Below the pieces are notes generated by a model that ran no database searches, was not told where the DNA came from, and saw only the letters and a program-made list of their open reading frames with translations. DNA of 64,000 bases from Actinomycetota bacterium (GTDB lineage: Bacteria; Actinomycetota; Actinomycetes; JBDIAW01), in assembly GCA_039812585.1 (NCBI GenBank), contig JBDIAW010000001.1, positions 15,547 through 79,546 on the forward strand. The letters run 5' to 3'. The position numbers and the translations under genes are program-made. Every line of letters starts with the position of its first letter. Within the stretch, counting starts at the first letter, position 1. Below, in pieces: positions 34,896 to 45,145 of this stretch.

Positions 34896-37161
34896 GCGCA
34901 GGGCAGACAATCGTGGGCGCTGGGTCGGTGCAGCGCTGAGGCCGGTACAGGCCTCGCTACTGTGCGCGCTGACGCTGTTCTCGCTGCTCATAGCCCTGCC
35001 CTGGAGTTCCTCATGGGGGGCAGTTGGAGCTCCTGGAGCACTGCCTCTACAGGCGCGACTACTCCCCCAGCATGGAGCTGCCCAGCCCAGCCTGAGCCTC
35101 CTGCTGGACTCGGTGACCCCTAGCCCAGCCCGCCCAGGGCAACCACTTGTTCTGGCCGGCAGGGTACGCCTGGCGCCCTCCCCTGCCCCGTCTGCAGCAC
35201 CCCTGCGTTTGAGCGTGCTGACCCGTAGCTCCCCGCTGGTCGCGCGGGAGAGCGTCGCGCAGATCCTCACCCATCCACCGCAAGGTTTGAATGCGTTGCC
35301 TCTTGACGCCAACGCTAGCCAAATCCCTACCACGGTGCAGGCGGGCACCACAACCTTCAGGCTGAGCATTGCTGCCGAGGAGCTGCCCTACTCCGCTTTC
35401 GGCGTCTATCCGCTGAGCGTTACTGCGACAGTGGGAGAACAAACCATCACGCTGGCCACCGTGATGGTTTGGCAGCCAGACACGTTAGCTGCCCAGCCCA
35501 CCCGGCTGGGTTGGTTATGGCCAATCGCTGATGATCCTCTGTCCAGCGGAATTGACACTCTCGGTGGAAGCACCCTGCAACCTCAAGAGGACCCCAAGCG
35601 CAGCCAGGTCTTGACCAGCACCTTGGCTCCTACCGGGCGTCTAGGCCACCTCCTTGAGGCCTTACGCCGAGCTAACAACCCCGGCGGGGTCAGCGCTGTG
35701 GTGGACCCTGCATTGCTACAAGACGTGCGCCAACTCGCCGATTCCTCACCACCCGACACCGCCACCGCCCCAACGGAGGTACCCCCGCAGGCCGCCGCCG
35801 ACCTGAGCGCATCTCAACAGTCCGCCCTAGCTCGACGCTGGTTGGATGGGCTGGACACCCTGTCTCCCGCCGGATCCCGCCTTCTTCTGCCCTACGCAGA
35901 TGCCGATCTTAACGCCTTGGCGGGGGCCGCCCGCCAAGATCTGATCAGCCTGGCCCTATCTGCTCCTCAGCTCTCCCAGAACGAGCCCGGCCTGTCCACC
36001 CAGAGCCACAGCTGGTTGGGATGGACAGATAGTGGCTACCTCAGCTCGCCAACAGTGAACGCTTTACTCCGCTCCAACGCTACTGCTCCCGCCGGATCGG
36101 TCCCTCTCGGAGGGTTGGTGCTCTCCGATGATGCCCTTCCCTCCGCCGAGCCGGCTACATCCACCTTGACTGCTCCGGGCAAAGTTAAGGTCGGCAACCA
36201 GTTGGTCCCCACCTTGCGCTACGACAGCCAGCTGTCCGCTTTAGTCGCTACCCGCGTCGACGAACAGAACCCAGCTGCGACCTCGGCTGTATTAAGGCAA
36301 CAGTTCCTCGCCCAAACTGCGATGATCACCGCAGAACGTCCTGCTGAGTCGCGCGCCATCATCATCGCTCCCCCCCACCGGTGGGAACCCAATCTTGAGC
36401 TAGTGAGTCAGTTACTCAGCCTGAGCAAAGAGGTGAGTTGGCTACGGCCTATGACTGCCCTACAGGGGTTCCAACTGCCTTCCACCCAGACCTGGAGCAG
36501 CCTGCACTACCCCAAAACCGCTGCCGCTGGACAACTGTCCTCCACCTATGTCAAGCAGGTGGAGCAGTTCCGCAATTCCGCAGAGACCTTCGTCTCTCTA
36601 CTTAGCGTGCCGCAAGTAGTGCGTGCCCGGGTTGACCACATCAGTCTGCGCCTTGCCACCAGCACCCACCGCTCCACCCAAGCCCGCATCCGCCTCTTAG
36701 CCGACCAAGTGGCTGCACTGGAGGCCTGGCAAAGCAAGGTGAGCATCAAGCCCTCAGGCGCAACCTTGGCTGCACGTACCGGGCCTATCCCCATCACGGT
36801 GATCAATGGTCTGGATCAGCCGATACGCGTACGAGTAGCCCTGCGACCGACCCTGCCGCGGGTCATTGTGACCGAAACCCCCTTGATCACCGCTGCTGCA
36901 GGGCGTCGCACCCAGGTCAATGTCCGGCTGCACGCGATCGCCAATGGCCCGGTGGAACTACAGGCCCAGGTGCAAACTCCGCAGGGAGAAGATGTCGGAT
37001 TACCGGCCACCATTACCGTCAGAGTGAGCACCCTGGGTCCCCTAGGGGTCCTGCTGACAGTGGGAGCTGGCGCGCTGTTCGTAGTAGCAGTTTTCACGCG
37101 AACGATTCGGCGGCGCTGGCGCACTCGACGAACTGGGGTGGTGGCTACGCTGGGGCCGTGA
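34816..37161 (+). CDS. Large conserved secreted/C-terminally membrane-anchored protein (Rv3909-like, positioned between NUDIX and murJ)
   Basis: The 781-aa product has an N-terminal signal-like hydrophobic stretch and a C-terminal TM '[18 protein letters not shown]' followed by Arg-rich residues. Synteny is conserved. The true start is probably downstream of 34816, because the tracked ORF overlaps the NUDIX gene by 80 nt. Confidence 0.55.
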   Translation: MRCAKPLPLRRHCPITRRSLTLPPGSERRADNRGRWVGAALRPVQASLLCALTLFSLLIALPWSSSWGAVGAPGALPLQARLLPQHGAAQPSLSLLLDSVTPSPARPGQPLVLAGRVRLAPSPAPSAAPLRLSVLTRSSPLVARESVAQILTHPPQGLNALPLDANASQIPTTVQAGTTTFRLSIAAEELPYSAFGVYPLSVTATVGEQTITLATVMVWQPDTLAAQPTRLGWLWPIADDPLSSGIDTLGGSTLQPQEDPKRSQVLTSTLAPTGRLGHLLEALRRANNPGGVSAVVDPALLQDVRQLADSSPPDTATAPTEVPPQAAADLSASQQSALARRWLDGLDTLSPAGSRLLLPYADADLNALAGAARQDLISLALSAPQLSQNEPGLSTQSHSWLGWTDSGYLSSPTVNALLRSNATAPAGSVPLGGLVLSDDALPSAEPATSTLTAPGKVKVGNQLVPTLRYDSQLSALVATRVDEQNPAATSAVLRQQFLAQTAMITAERPAESRAIIIAPPHRWEPNLELVSQLLSLSKEVSWLRPMTALQGFQLPSTQTWSSLHYPKTAAAGQLSSTYVKQVEQFRNSAETFVSLLSVPQVVRARVDHISLRLATSTHRSTQARIRLLADQVAALEAWQSKVSIKPSGATLAARTGPIPITVINGLDQPIRVRVALRPTLPRVIVTETPLITAAAGRRTQVNVRLHAIANGPVELQAQVQTPQGEDVGLPATITVRVSTLGPLGVLLTVGAGALFVVAVFTRTIRRRWRTRRTGVVATLGP

Positions 37162-38852
37162 TTCCCCCAGTTGAGGCCTCCACTCAGCTTGCACCTGACC
37201 CCGATGAGCAGCGCCAGCTCCTCCGTTCGAGCACCATCATGGCCACTGGCACCGTCATCTCCCGAATAACCGGCTTTGTCCGAGACACTCTGATCATCGT
37301 GGCAGCTCTGGGTAATGACAAACTCAGCGATGCTTTTCGCATCGCGCAAACCCTGCCGACCATGTTCTACATCCTCATGGTGGGCGGAGTCATCAACGCC
37401 GTGTTCGTCCCTCAAATCGTGCGGGCTTTGAAAACCCACCCCGACGGAGGAAGCGCCTACCTCGACCACCTCCTCAGTCTCACCGGAGGTGTGTTGCTCC
37501 TGCTCACCGTCGGAGTTACCCTCGCTGCCCCCGTGCTGGTGCCCTTGTGGACCGACTGGCAGGTCCAGTCCGATATTCATGTGGCGGTCGTCTTAGCCTA
37601 TTGGAGCCTGCCGCAGATTTTTTTCTACGGCTACACCTCAGTGCTCAGTCAGGTTCTCAATGCCCGCAGGCTGTTCGGCCCGATGACGTGGGCTCCCATT
37701 GCCAGCAACCTCATGGTGATTGCCACCGGCACAATCTTCATGGCCACCGTGGGTTCCATCGACAAGTCTCAACCCACTAGCGTACCCTCACACGGCATTC
37801 TCATTCTCGGGGCAGGCACCCTACTGGCAGCGGTAGTACAAACCTTGGTGCTCCTGCCACCGCTGTACCGCAGCGGTTACCGCTACCGCCCTCGTTGGAA
37901 TCGGCATACCACCGAGGACGGCAAAATCCTGGAGTTGGCGCGGTGGACCATCCTGTTCGTGCTGAGCAATCAGCTGTGTTACTTGGTCATCACTCGAGTG
38001 GGTACCCGGGTAACGGAACTGGGTCAGACCCTCAACGGTGGGGCTTTTGGTTACGGATTTTCCGCCTACACCAACGCCAGCATGATGATGATCGTGCCGC
38101 ACTCCATCGTCACCGTTTCTCTGGTCACTGCCCTACTTCCCCGTATGAGCAGCGCTGCCCTCGAGGGCGACCGTAATCATCTGCGCGAGCACCTCAGTCA
38201 GGGACTGCGCTGGTCTGCAGTATTGCTCATCCCCACCTCGATTGTTTTCCTCACGCTGGGACCCACGATAGGGCGGGCACTCTACGGGCATTTCATCGGC
38301 TTGGAAGGCTCCACTTACGTGGGATACATCCTGTCCATGATGAGCCTGGGCCTGGTGGCTTTCTCGGCACAGTATCTGCTCCTGCGGGGTTTCTACGCGC
38401 AAGAGGACACCCGTACTCCTTTTTTTATTAACCTGGTCATCACCGGACTTAACAGCGCCGGCGTAATGATTGCCTACCTCTGCCTGCCGCTGCAGTGGGT
38501 GAGCGTGGGCATGGCTGCCGCGTTTTGTGTGGCGTACGGTGTCGGGGTGGTAGTCAGTTTTCTGGTGCTACGTCAGCGTCTCGAGCATCTCCAGGGTCGG
38601 CGCATCCTCAACTCGTACACCCGCCTGTTCGCGGCCAGCCTCACGGCGGGGGGGGTAGCGGTGGGTGTTGCGCAGGTGATGCGTCACTGGTGGGGAGTGA
38701 GCGTGGCGGCCTCGTTTGCCACTTTATTGGTGAGCGGAGGCTTAACCCTGGTTCTTTCCCTCATGGGGGCCTCGCTACTCCACGTTCCCGAGGTGAACCA
38801 GTTTTCCCGCGCTATGCGCCTTGGCCTGCCAAGTCGCACCCTTTCTGACTGA
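37158..38852 (+). CDS. murJ: Lipid II flippase MurJ (MviN)
   Basis: The 564-aa product has 14 TM helices and the N-terminal 'TGTVISRITGFVRDTLI' MurJ motif. Its ATG overlaps the upstream stop (ATGA). Confidence 0.9.
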   Translation: MIPPVEASTQLAPDPDEQRQLLRSSTIMATGTVISRITGFVRDTLIIVAALGNDKLSDAFRIAQTLPTMFYILMVGGVINAVFVPQIVRALKTHPDGGSAYLDHLLSLTGGVLLLLTVGVTLAAPVLVPLWTDWQVQSDIHVAVVLAYWSLPQIFFYGYTSVLSQVLNARRLFGPMTWAPIASNLMVIATGTIFMATVGSIDKSQPTSVPSHGILILGAGTLLAAVVQTLVLLPPLYRSGYRYRPRWNRHTTEDGKILELARWTILFVLSNQLCYLVITRVGTRVTELGQTLNGGAFGYGFSAYTNASMMMIVPHSIVTVSLVTALLPRMSSAALEGDRNHLREHLSQGLRWSAVLLIPTSIVFLTLGPTIGRALYGHFIGLEGSTYVGYILSMMSLGLVAFSAQYLLLRGFYAQEDTRTPFFINLVITGLNSAGVMIAYLCLPLQWVSVGMAAAFCVAYGVGVVVSFLVLRQRLEHLQGRRILNSYTRLFAASLTAGGVAVGVAQVMRHWWGVSVAASFATLLVSGGLTLVLSLMGASLLHVPEVNQFSRAMRLGLPSRTLSD

Positions 38853-38945
38853 GCTGTCACTCATGAACGGAAGGGAATCTTCGGTTCATCGGCTAGGTTG
38901 AACGGCGAGACAGACCCTCCCCTCTTGTCCTTCTCTAGGAGCCTC

Positions 38946-39869
38946 ATGACCATCCATCCCGTAGCCATCATTGGTTCAGGGCCGGCGGGATACACCGCAG
39001 GTCTCTACACCGCCCGCGCCAACCTTTCCCCCGTGGTGATCGAAGGGTCGGTTACCTCAGGTGGGGCGTTGATGAACACCACCGAAGTGGAAAACTTTCC
39101 CGGTTTTCGGGAACCCATCATGGGACCTGAACTCATGCAGGCTATGAGGGACCAGGCTGAACGGTTTGGAGCGCAATTGCTCAGCGACGATGTAGTCAGC
39201 ACCGACCTCACCGGCCCAACGAAAACTCTCACTATGGGAAGCGGCCAAACTCTCCAAGCCGCCAGCATCATCCTCGCCATGGGGTCGAGCTACCGTGAGC
39301 TCGGATTGCCGCGTGAAAAGGAGTTCTCCGGACGCGGTGTGTCCTGGTGTGCCACATGCGATGGCTTTTTCTTCCGCGATCAAGACATCGCCGTAGTCGG
39401 CGGCGGGGATTCAGCTATGGAGGAAGCTACCTTCCTCACCAAGTTTGCCCGCAGCGTCACCGTCATCGTCCGAAGAGACCAGCTACGCGCCAGCCACATT
39501 ATGCAGCAGCGAGCCCAGTCCAACCCGAAGATACGTTTCACGTGGAACGCTCAAGTCACCGCCTTACAGGGTGATGATCGCCTCAGTGGTATTACGGTTA
39601 CCACCACCTCTGGGGAAGTAACACAAATACCGGTAACAGGATTGTTCATCGCCATCGGCCATGATCCCAGGAGTGCAATCGTTGCGGGGCAGGTGGACCG
39701 AGACTCAGAGGGATACATTCTGGTGGAGGGTCGCAGTACCCGCACCAACGTATCAGGGGTATTTGCCTGCGGTGATGTGGTCGATCACACTTATCGCCAG
39801 GCCATCACCGCGGCCGGCAGTGGGTGCAGTGCTGCCCTCGACGCCCAGAGGTATCTCGAGCAGCTGTAG
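38946..39869 (+). CDS. trxB: Thioredoxin reductase
   Basis: '[16 protein letters not shown]' is the FAD-binding motif, 'WCATCDGF' the redox CxxC and '[13 protein letters not shown]' the NADPH site. Confidence 0.9.
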   Translation: MTIHPVAIIGSGPAGYTAGLYTARANLSPVVIEGSVTSGGALMNTTEVENFPGFREPIMGPELMQAMRDQAERFGAQLLSDDVVSTDLTGPTKTLTMGSGQTLQAASIILAMGSSYRELGLPREKEFSGRGVSWCATCDGFFFRDQDIAVVGGGDSAMEEATFLTKFARSVTVIVRRDQLRASHIMQQRAQSNPKIRFTWNAQVTALQGDDRLSGITVTTTSGEVTQIPVTGLFIAIGHDPRSAIVAGQVDRDSEGYILVEGRSTRTNVSGVFACGDVVDHTYRQAITAAGSGCSAALDAQRYLEQL

Positions 39870-39949
39870 CACTCATGGATCACCGCTTATCGCGAGTACA
39901 TTGGCAGTACGCCCAACTCTGCTCATGCTGCTTGTGAAAGGATTTCTCC

Positions 39950-40282
39950 ATGGCAACCCTGACCATTACTGACTCCACTTTTTCCACAGAAGTACTCACG
40001 AGTTCTACCTCAGTCTTGGTGGATTTTTGGGCGCAGTGGTGCGGGCCCTGTCGCCAGATTGCTCCGGCATTAGAGGAGATTTCTACCGAAATGGCCGATT
40101 CGCTGGTGGTGGCCAAACTCAATATCGACGAAAACCCTCAGACAGCCGCCCAATTCGGGATTACTTCCATACCTACTATGATCCTTTTCCGTCAGGGTAG
40201 CCCTGTGCATACCATCGTTGGGGCTCAACCCAAACATGCAATCGTGCAGCAGCTTCAAACTCACCTGCTCAGTGCACATTGA
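39950..40282 (+). CDS. trxA: Thioredoxin
   Basis: 'VDFWAQWCGPCRQIAP' contains the WCGPC active site in a 110-aa product. Confidence 0.9.
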   Translation: MATLTITDSTFSTEVLTSSTSVLVDFWAQWCGPCRQIAPALEEISTEMADSLVVAKLNIDENPQTAAQFGITSIPTMILFRQGSPVHTIVGAQPKHAIVQQLQTHLLSAH

Positions 40283-40489
40283 GACGTCTGTAGTCAGTGT
40301 GGGTGGCATGATGAGCCCTTAACTACTGCTTAGGCCGCAAAAGTTCCTCCTGCCGTTAGACACAATGAGACAATTCCTTCTGGCTGATGCTCCTGAATGC
40401 CAGATTCCCGTGTGCTTAGGTAGGTGTTGTGGAATGACTCTGACTAATGCCGCAAAAACTTTGTTGTTGGACACGAAGAAAGGCTCTCG

Positions 40490-41608
40490 GTGAATTCCAC
40501 CTCCTACATGCTGGGCGACCATGGCCAAGCGGTGACAGAAATCCGTGACCGCCTCGTGGTGTTGGGCCTGTTAACGCCTCACCCCGAATCAGGCGATACT
40601 TTTGACGAGACTGTTGACACTGCAGTGCGTATTTTTCAACAGCAACGCAGTCTTACCGTGGATGGGGTTGTAGGGCCTGTCACCTTCCGCACACTTGAAG
40701 AAGCACGTTGGCGCTTGGGTGACCGGATCCTGCACAACCAAATCCACAACCCCTTGGCTGGCGACGATGTGGCGCAGTTGCAGCAACGTCTTTCTTCTAT
40801 GGGCTTCGACAGTGGACGGGTAGACGGCATCTTTGGGCCCCACACTGAGGCCGCTTTAAGAGACTTCCAAAAAAATGTCGGGATGCCCGTAGACGGCACC
40901 TGTGGTCCCACCACTTTCAAGGCGTTACAGCGTCTCTCCCGAACTGTTGTGGGAGGAAGCCCCTTAGCACTGCGAGCAGAAGAACAGTTCCATGCCTCTG
41001 GCTTAACCCCTTTAGGGAAAGTGGTCGTCCTAGACCCTGGGCATGGTGCGGATGATGCCGGCATTCTCATGGGGACGCTGGCAGAGGCCGATATCGTTTC
41101 TGATTTAGCGGCACGTATTGAGGGTCGATTGGTAGCCACAGGGATGCTGGTCTTCTTAACGAGAGGTAAGGACGGGAATCATCTAACCGACCAGCAACGT
41201 GCCCACTTTGCCAACTCTGCTGGTGCCCAATTATGTGTGTCACTCCACGTCGATCAAGATGACAACACCGTAGCTAATGGAGTGGCTACGTATTACTACG
41301 GAAACGAGAGATACTCCACCGTTTCCCCATTAGGGCAACGATTTGCAGAGCTGGTTCAACGCCACATCGTGACAGCGACCGACCTGTCCAACTGTCGAAG
41401 CCATGCCAAGACCTGGGACTTGTTGCGACTCACCACTATGCCGACGGTCCTCATTGAGGTTGGCTATCTCACCAATTCAGGTGATGCTGAGCGTTTAGCT
41501 AATCCAGCCTTTCGCGACACGGTCGCTGAAGCAATCAGCAACGCGATCGTGGCGATGTTTAACCCCTCCACTCCATCCTTCGCCGACGACGCTGTGCCAG
41601 TTGGATAA
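40490..41608 (+). CDS. cwlM: N-acetylmuramoyl-L-alanine amidase (Amidase_3) with two N-terminal peptidoglycan-binding (PG_binding_1) domains; CwlM-like
   Basis: Two repeats ('AVTEIRDRLVVLGLL...', 'DVAQLQQRLSSMGFDSGRVDGIFGPHTEAALRDFQ') precede the amidase_3 'VVVLDPGHGADDAG'. Position after trxA is conserved. Confidence 0.85.
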   Translation: MNSTSYMLGDHGQAVTEIRDRLVVLGLLTPHPESGDTFDETVDTAVRIFQQQRSLTVDGVVGPVTFRTLEEARWRLGDRILHNQIHNPLAGDDVAQLQQRLSSMGFDSGRVDGIFGPHTEAALRDFQKNVGMPVDGTCGPTTFKALQRLSRTVVGGSPLALRAEEQFHASGLTPLGKVVVLDPGHGADDAGILMGTLAEADIVSDLAARIEGRLVATGMLVFLTRGKDGNHLTDQQRAHFANSAGAQLCVSLHVDQDDNTVANGVATYYYGNERYSTVSPLGQRFAELVQRHIVTATDLSNCRSHAKTWDLLRLTTMPTVLIEVGYLTNSGDAERLANPAFRDTVAEAISNAIVAMFNPSTPSFADDAVPVG

Positions 41609-41620
41609 GGAATGCCTGCC

Positions 41621-41634
41621 GTTTCACGTGAAAC
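41621..41634. promoter_or_regulatory. parS site 1 (GTTTCACGTGAAAC), overlapping the stop codon and last 3 codons of ddl
   Basis: An exact 14-bp actinobacterial parS consensus, extended to the 18-bp palindrome ccGTTTCACGTGAAACgg. The ddl C-terminal residues RFT* are encoded by it. Confidence 0.8.
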
Positions 41635-42595
41635 GGGCCCCATTAGTGCGCTGGTAAGCGTGTTCGACCAGCGCGGAGCAGAAGTCAGTTAGGGTTCGGC
41701 CCGTAGCATGAACTGCTTGCGGAAGCAGGCTGTTAATGGTCATCCCCGGAGAAACATTGACCTCCAGAAACCAGTGTTGCCCTTGAGGGTCAACGATGAA
41801 GTCGGCGCGAGAATAATCACGTAAACCCAATGCTTGATGAATGCTTTCCGCTGCCTCGGTCAAAGCAGACAGAACGTCAGGGCCAACACCGGCTGGGATG
41901 ACAAATTGACTCTCCCCCACCGTGTATCTGGCCGTGTAGTCATAGCCTTGCTGGCCAGTTTTGATTTCTACGGCCGGTAAGCTACCCCAACCAGGAACTG
42001 CGTCGATAACTGTTAATGCCACCTCTGTCCCCACGATGAACTTCTCCAAGAGCACTGCAGAGTCATAGGCAAAAGCATGGACCAGAGCACTAGTGAGTTC
42101 ATCGGCCTGCTGAACCACACTCAACCCCAGCGAAGAACCCCCCCGGTTTGGCTTTACTACTAGCGGGAATCCTAAGGACTCCACCATGGGCGTTAAGAGG
42201 TGAGCTGCTCCTAACAATTTGATGGTATCTGTTGTGATAATAAAAGCGGGGGGGGTGATCAATCCTTGAGCCTGAGCAATACTCTTGGCAGCGAACTTAT
42301 CAAAAGCTAGATGGGCGGCACCCGCAGTGCTACCCACATAGGCCAATCCCAGTGCTTCGCATAAGGTTTGGATGGCTCCATCTTCCCCCAAGCTCCCATG
42401 CAACATTGAAAAGGCAAGATTGGTTTCGAGTTCTCGGAGTTTGGGTACCAAGGAAGTATCGATATCACAGACACTCACTGTGTAACCAGCGCTTCCTAAG
42501 GCCTCGGCAACTTGGAGCCCAGATTGTAGGGAAATCTCCCGCTCGTGAGACAAACCACCAGCGAGTACTGCAATTTTTAGGTTGGAGGTGGTCAT
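41624..42595 (-). CDS. ddl: D-alanine--D-alanine ligase
   Basis: The N-terminus 'KIAVLAGGLSHEREISLQSG' and an ATP-grasp C-terminal region 'ADFIVDPQGQHWFLEVNVSPGMT' are present. Confidence 0.85.
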   Translation of the reverse strand: MTTSNLKIAVLAGGLSHEREISLQSGLQVAEALGSAGYTVSVCDIDTSLVPKLRELETNLAFSMLHGSLGEDGAIQTLCEALGLAYVGSTAGAAHLAFDKFAAKSIAQAQGLITPPAFIITTDTIKLLGAAHLLTPMVESLGFPLVVKPNRGGSSLGLSVVQQADELTSALVHAFAYDSAVLLEKFIVGTEVALTVIDAVPGWGSLPAVEIKTGQQGYDYTARYTVGESQFVIPAGVGPDVLSALTEAAESIHQALGLRDYSRADFIVDPQGQHWFLEVNVSPGMTINSLLPQAVHATGRTLTDFCSALVEHAYQRTNGARFT

Positions 42596-43914
42596 GGCAT
42601 GCTCACATTAGGGTTGTCGGACTGGCGCCATTGAGGTTTGCTTTGGGTAGGTCCAAGGATATGTCGAAGCTCTAATTCCTCATTGACCACACCAGCTAAC
42701 CTTCGCACTCCTTCGCGTAATTGATCCACTGGAGGGAAGCAGTAAGAGAGACGCAAACTGCTTTCACCCAACACTCGCCCTGCGCCGGAGTAGAAAGCGC
42801 TGCCCGGAACATAAGCAACCCTTGCATTCAATGCGCGAGGCAGCATTAATGCTGAATCGATCCCCATGGGAAGGTTAACCCACACATAAAACCCGCCCTG
42901 AGGAACTGTCCAGTGCACTCCTTCAGGCATGGCTGCCGTCAGGGTTTCAATCACCGCATCACGCCGCTCCCGATAAATATTGCGATACGAGGTGATCTGT
43001 TGCTGCCAATCAAACTCCTGTAAATAGGTGCAGACAACTGTCTGGGCCAAAGCCGAAGGACACAACATAGTCGCTTCGGCTGCCAAAATCAGCTTGTCCC
43101 TAATCACCCGAGGTGCCACGACCCATCCGACCCGAGTGCCAGGAGCAAAGGTTTTAGAAAATGATCCCAGATAGATGACGTCTTCGTTGATGGAGCGCAG
43201 AGCTGGCAAAGTTTGGTGATCAAATCCGAGCAAGCCATAAGGGTTGTCCTCAACTAATGGCACTTTAGACTGAGCGCAAAGGCTCACAATCCGCTGGCGA
43301 CGCTCCAATGTTTGAGTCACTCCGGCTGGATTGTGAAACGTGGGAATGGTGTAAACAAACTTGGGAGCTTTTCCTTGGGCTTGACATCCTGCAATAGCTG
43401 ACGACAGCGCCTCGGGATGCAGTCCTTGCTCATCCATGTCGACATGAACAACTTCTGCTTCGTATGATCTAAATGCTTGAAGGGCACCCACATACGATGG
43501 GGCTTCAGCGAGGATGACATCGCCCGGATTAATGAACACCCTCGTCAATAGATCCAAGGCCTGCTGGGACCCAGTTGTGACCACTACGTCATCTGGGTGT
43601 GCTGCTATACCCTCTACAGCCATCACGGAGACGATTTCTTCACGTAGCTGAGGGTCGCCTTGGGCCGATCCGTACTGCAAGGCATAGGTACCTCGGGTTT
43701 TAATCAGCTCGGCAATCTTGTTCCCGATCTCAGCGAGAGGGAGAGCAGAGACGTAGGGCATGCCGCCCGCTAAGGAAACAATTTCCGGCCGTGAAGCGAC
43801 GGCAAATAGGGCGCGGATCTCCGAGGCGGTCATACTTGCGGTTCGCTCAGCCAGTAGTGGGATGGTTTCACGTGAAACCATCCCACTACTGGGGTTCTCC
43901 CCCTCAACACTCAT
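42592..43914 (-). CDS. PLP-dependent aminotransferase, class I/II fold (2-aminoadipate/MocR-C-terminal-like, no HTH)
   Basis: 'TASEIRALFAV' near the N-terminus, the fold-type I core 'VVVTTGSQQALDL' and a PLP Lys region 'YLGSFSKTFAPGTRVGW' are present. The stop overlaps the ddl start (ATGA). The start is uncertain (43914 or 43881), and the 5' end contains a parS site. Confidence 0.7.
   Translation of the reverse strand: MSVEGENPSSGMVSRETIPLLAERTASMTASEIRALFAVASRPEIVSLAGGMPYVSALPLAEIGNKIAELIKTRGTYALQYGSAQGDPQLREEIVSVMAVEGIAAHPDDVVVTTGSQQALDLLTRVFINPGDVILAEAPSYVGALQAFRSYEAEVVHVDMDEQGLHPEALSSAIAGCQAQGKAPKFVYTIPTFHNPAGVTQTLERRQRIVSLCAQSKVPLVEDNPYGLLGFDHQTLPALRSINEDVIYLGSFSKTFAPGTRVGWVVAPRVIRDKLILAAEATMLCPSALAQTVVCTYLQEFDWQQQITSYRNIYRERRDAVIETLTAAMPEGVHWTVPQGGFYVWVNLPMGIDSALMLPRALNARVAYVPGSAFYSGAGRVLGESSLRLSYCFPPVDQLREGVRRLAGVVNEELELRHILGPTQSKPQWRQSDNPNVSMP
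43865..43878. promoter_or_regulatory. parS site 2 (GTTTCACGTGAAAC) inside the 5' end of the aminotransferase CDS
   Basis: An exact consensus within the 20-bp palindrome atGGTTTCACGTGAAACCat. It encodes 'MVSRET' in the ORF. Confidence 0.8.
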
Positions 43915-44045
43915 CGAGGCTCACCTTCATCTTCGCTTCGCAGCGCATCCCACCGAACGGTCGCCAGCCTACTCATCGACGAGCCGACACCCTCTTAGCA
44001 GTGCTTTTAGTACGGACGCTGCCTTTTTATCAAACAGGAGGGGGC

Positions 44046-44059
44046 GTTTCACGTGAAAC
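44046..44059. promoter_or_regulatory. parS site 3 (GTTTCACGTGAAAC), intergenic between parB and the aminotransferase
   Basis: An exact consensus within the 24-bp palindrome ggggcGTTTCACGTGAAACgcccc. Confidence 0.85.
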
Positions 44060-44086
44060 GCCCCCTCCTGTTTGATAAAAAGTGTC

Positions 44087-45145
44087 CTAAAACACCGCTG
44101 GTGATCTTGTTTCTTCAGAAGTGCCTTGGCGAAGATCGACAACCTCGGGCGAGGATCGCTCCATACGACGTCCAGGCAGCGAAGCCACTAATTGGGGGTC
44201 TAAGATACCTAAGATTCGTTCGAGATCATCTAGGGTGGCAAACTCAATGGCTACTTTTCCTTTGTGTCGACCTAAATCAACTTTCACACGGGTCTCTAGG
44301 TGGGTGGAGAGTCGCTCAGCAATTTCCACCAAGCGGGGCGATACTGGACGATGAGTCCTGTTCGATGAAGGGTGCTCGACTTCCTCCTCATGAGAAAGGG
44401 TAGCTAACTCCTCCACGGCTCGAACGGATAAACCCTCCGCTACAATGCGATCAGCAACCTCTTCTTGGCGCTTTTCGCCGTCAAAGGCCAACAACGCCCG
44501 GGCATGTCCTGCCGTGAGGACACCAGCAGCAACTTTTCGCTGGACCGAGGGAGGGAGCTTGAGTAATCGAAGTGTATTACTGATTTGCGGGCGGGATCGG
44601 CCAATACGCTGAGCGAGTTCCTCGAGGGAACAGGAAAAATCATTAAGCATTTGATCGTAAGCTGCGGCCTCCTCTAATGGGTTCAGGGGACTGCGATGCA
44701 AGTTCTCAAGCAATGCGTCGCGTAGCATGCTGTGATCTTCAGTATCCCTCACAATTGCGGGCAAATGGGTAAAGCCGGCTTGTTGAGCAGCCCGCCAACG
44801 CCTCTCTCCCATCACCAGCTCATATTGGCCATCCTCGACCCGGCGTACCACTACCGGCTGGAGCAGACCTACTTCTTTCAATGAGTGCACCAACTCTGCT
44901 AAGTCATCTTCATTGAAAACCTGCCTAGGTTGCCTAGCATTGGGCCGCACACTTTTAATGGGCAATTCTGCGAAATGCCCACCCACGGGCTCATCCAGGA
45001 CAGGTTCTAACCGGGGAGGTTTTTCCGGAATCAACATGTCGACGGGGCTCGACTCGTTAGTCCGATTGGTGGTTTCATGAGTGGGTGGCACCACCGGTAT
45101 GAGGGCGCCCAGGCCTCGGCCTAACCCTCTGCGTCGTTCGGTCAC
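44087..45145 (-). CDS. parB: Chromosome partitioning protein ParB
   Basis: The ParB box 'GERRWRAA' is present, with an HTH region and the N-terminus '...RGLGRGLGALIP'. Confidence 0.9.
   Translation of the reverse strand: MTERRRGLGRGLGALIPVVPPTHETTNRTNESSPVDMLIPEKPPRLEPVLDEPVGGHFAELPIKSVRPNARQPRQVFNEDDLAELVHSLKEVGLLQPVVVRRVEDGQYELVMGERRWRAAQQAGFTHLPAIVRDTEDHSMLRDALLENLHRSPLNPLEEAAAYDQMLNDFSCSLEELAQRIGRSRPQISNTLRLLKLPPSVQRKVAAGVLTAGHARALLAFDGEKRQEEVADRIVAEGLSVRAVEELATLSHEEEVEHPSSNRTHRPVSPRLVEIAERLSTHLETRVKVDLGRHKGKVAIEFATLDDLERILGILDPQLVASLPGRRMERSSPEVVDLRQGTSEETRSPAVF

Noticed and set aside
40283-40489. Direct repeat 'gccgcaaaa(g/a)(t/c)tt' (x2) in the trxA-cwlM spacer
   Set aside because: Only two short copies with mismatches are present, which is compatible with chance in a lower-GC promoter region. 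No supporting structure was found.
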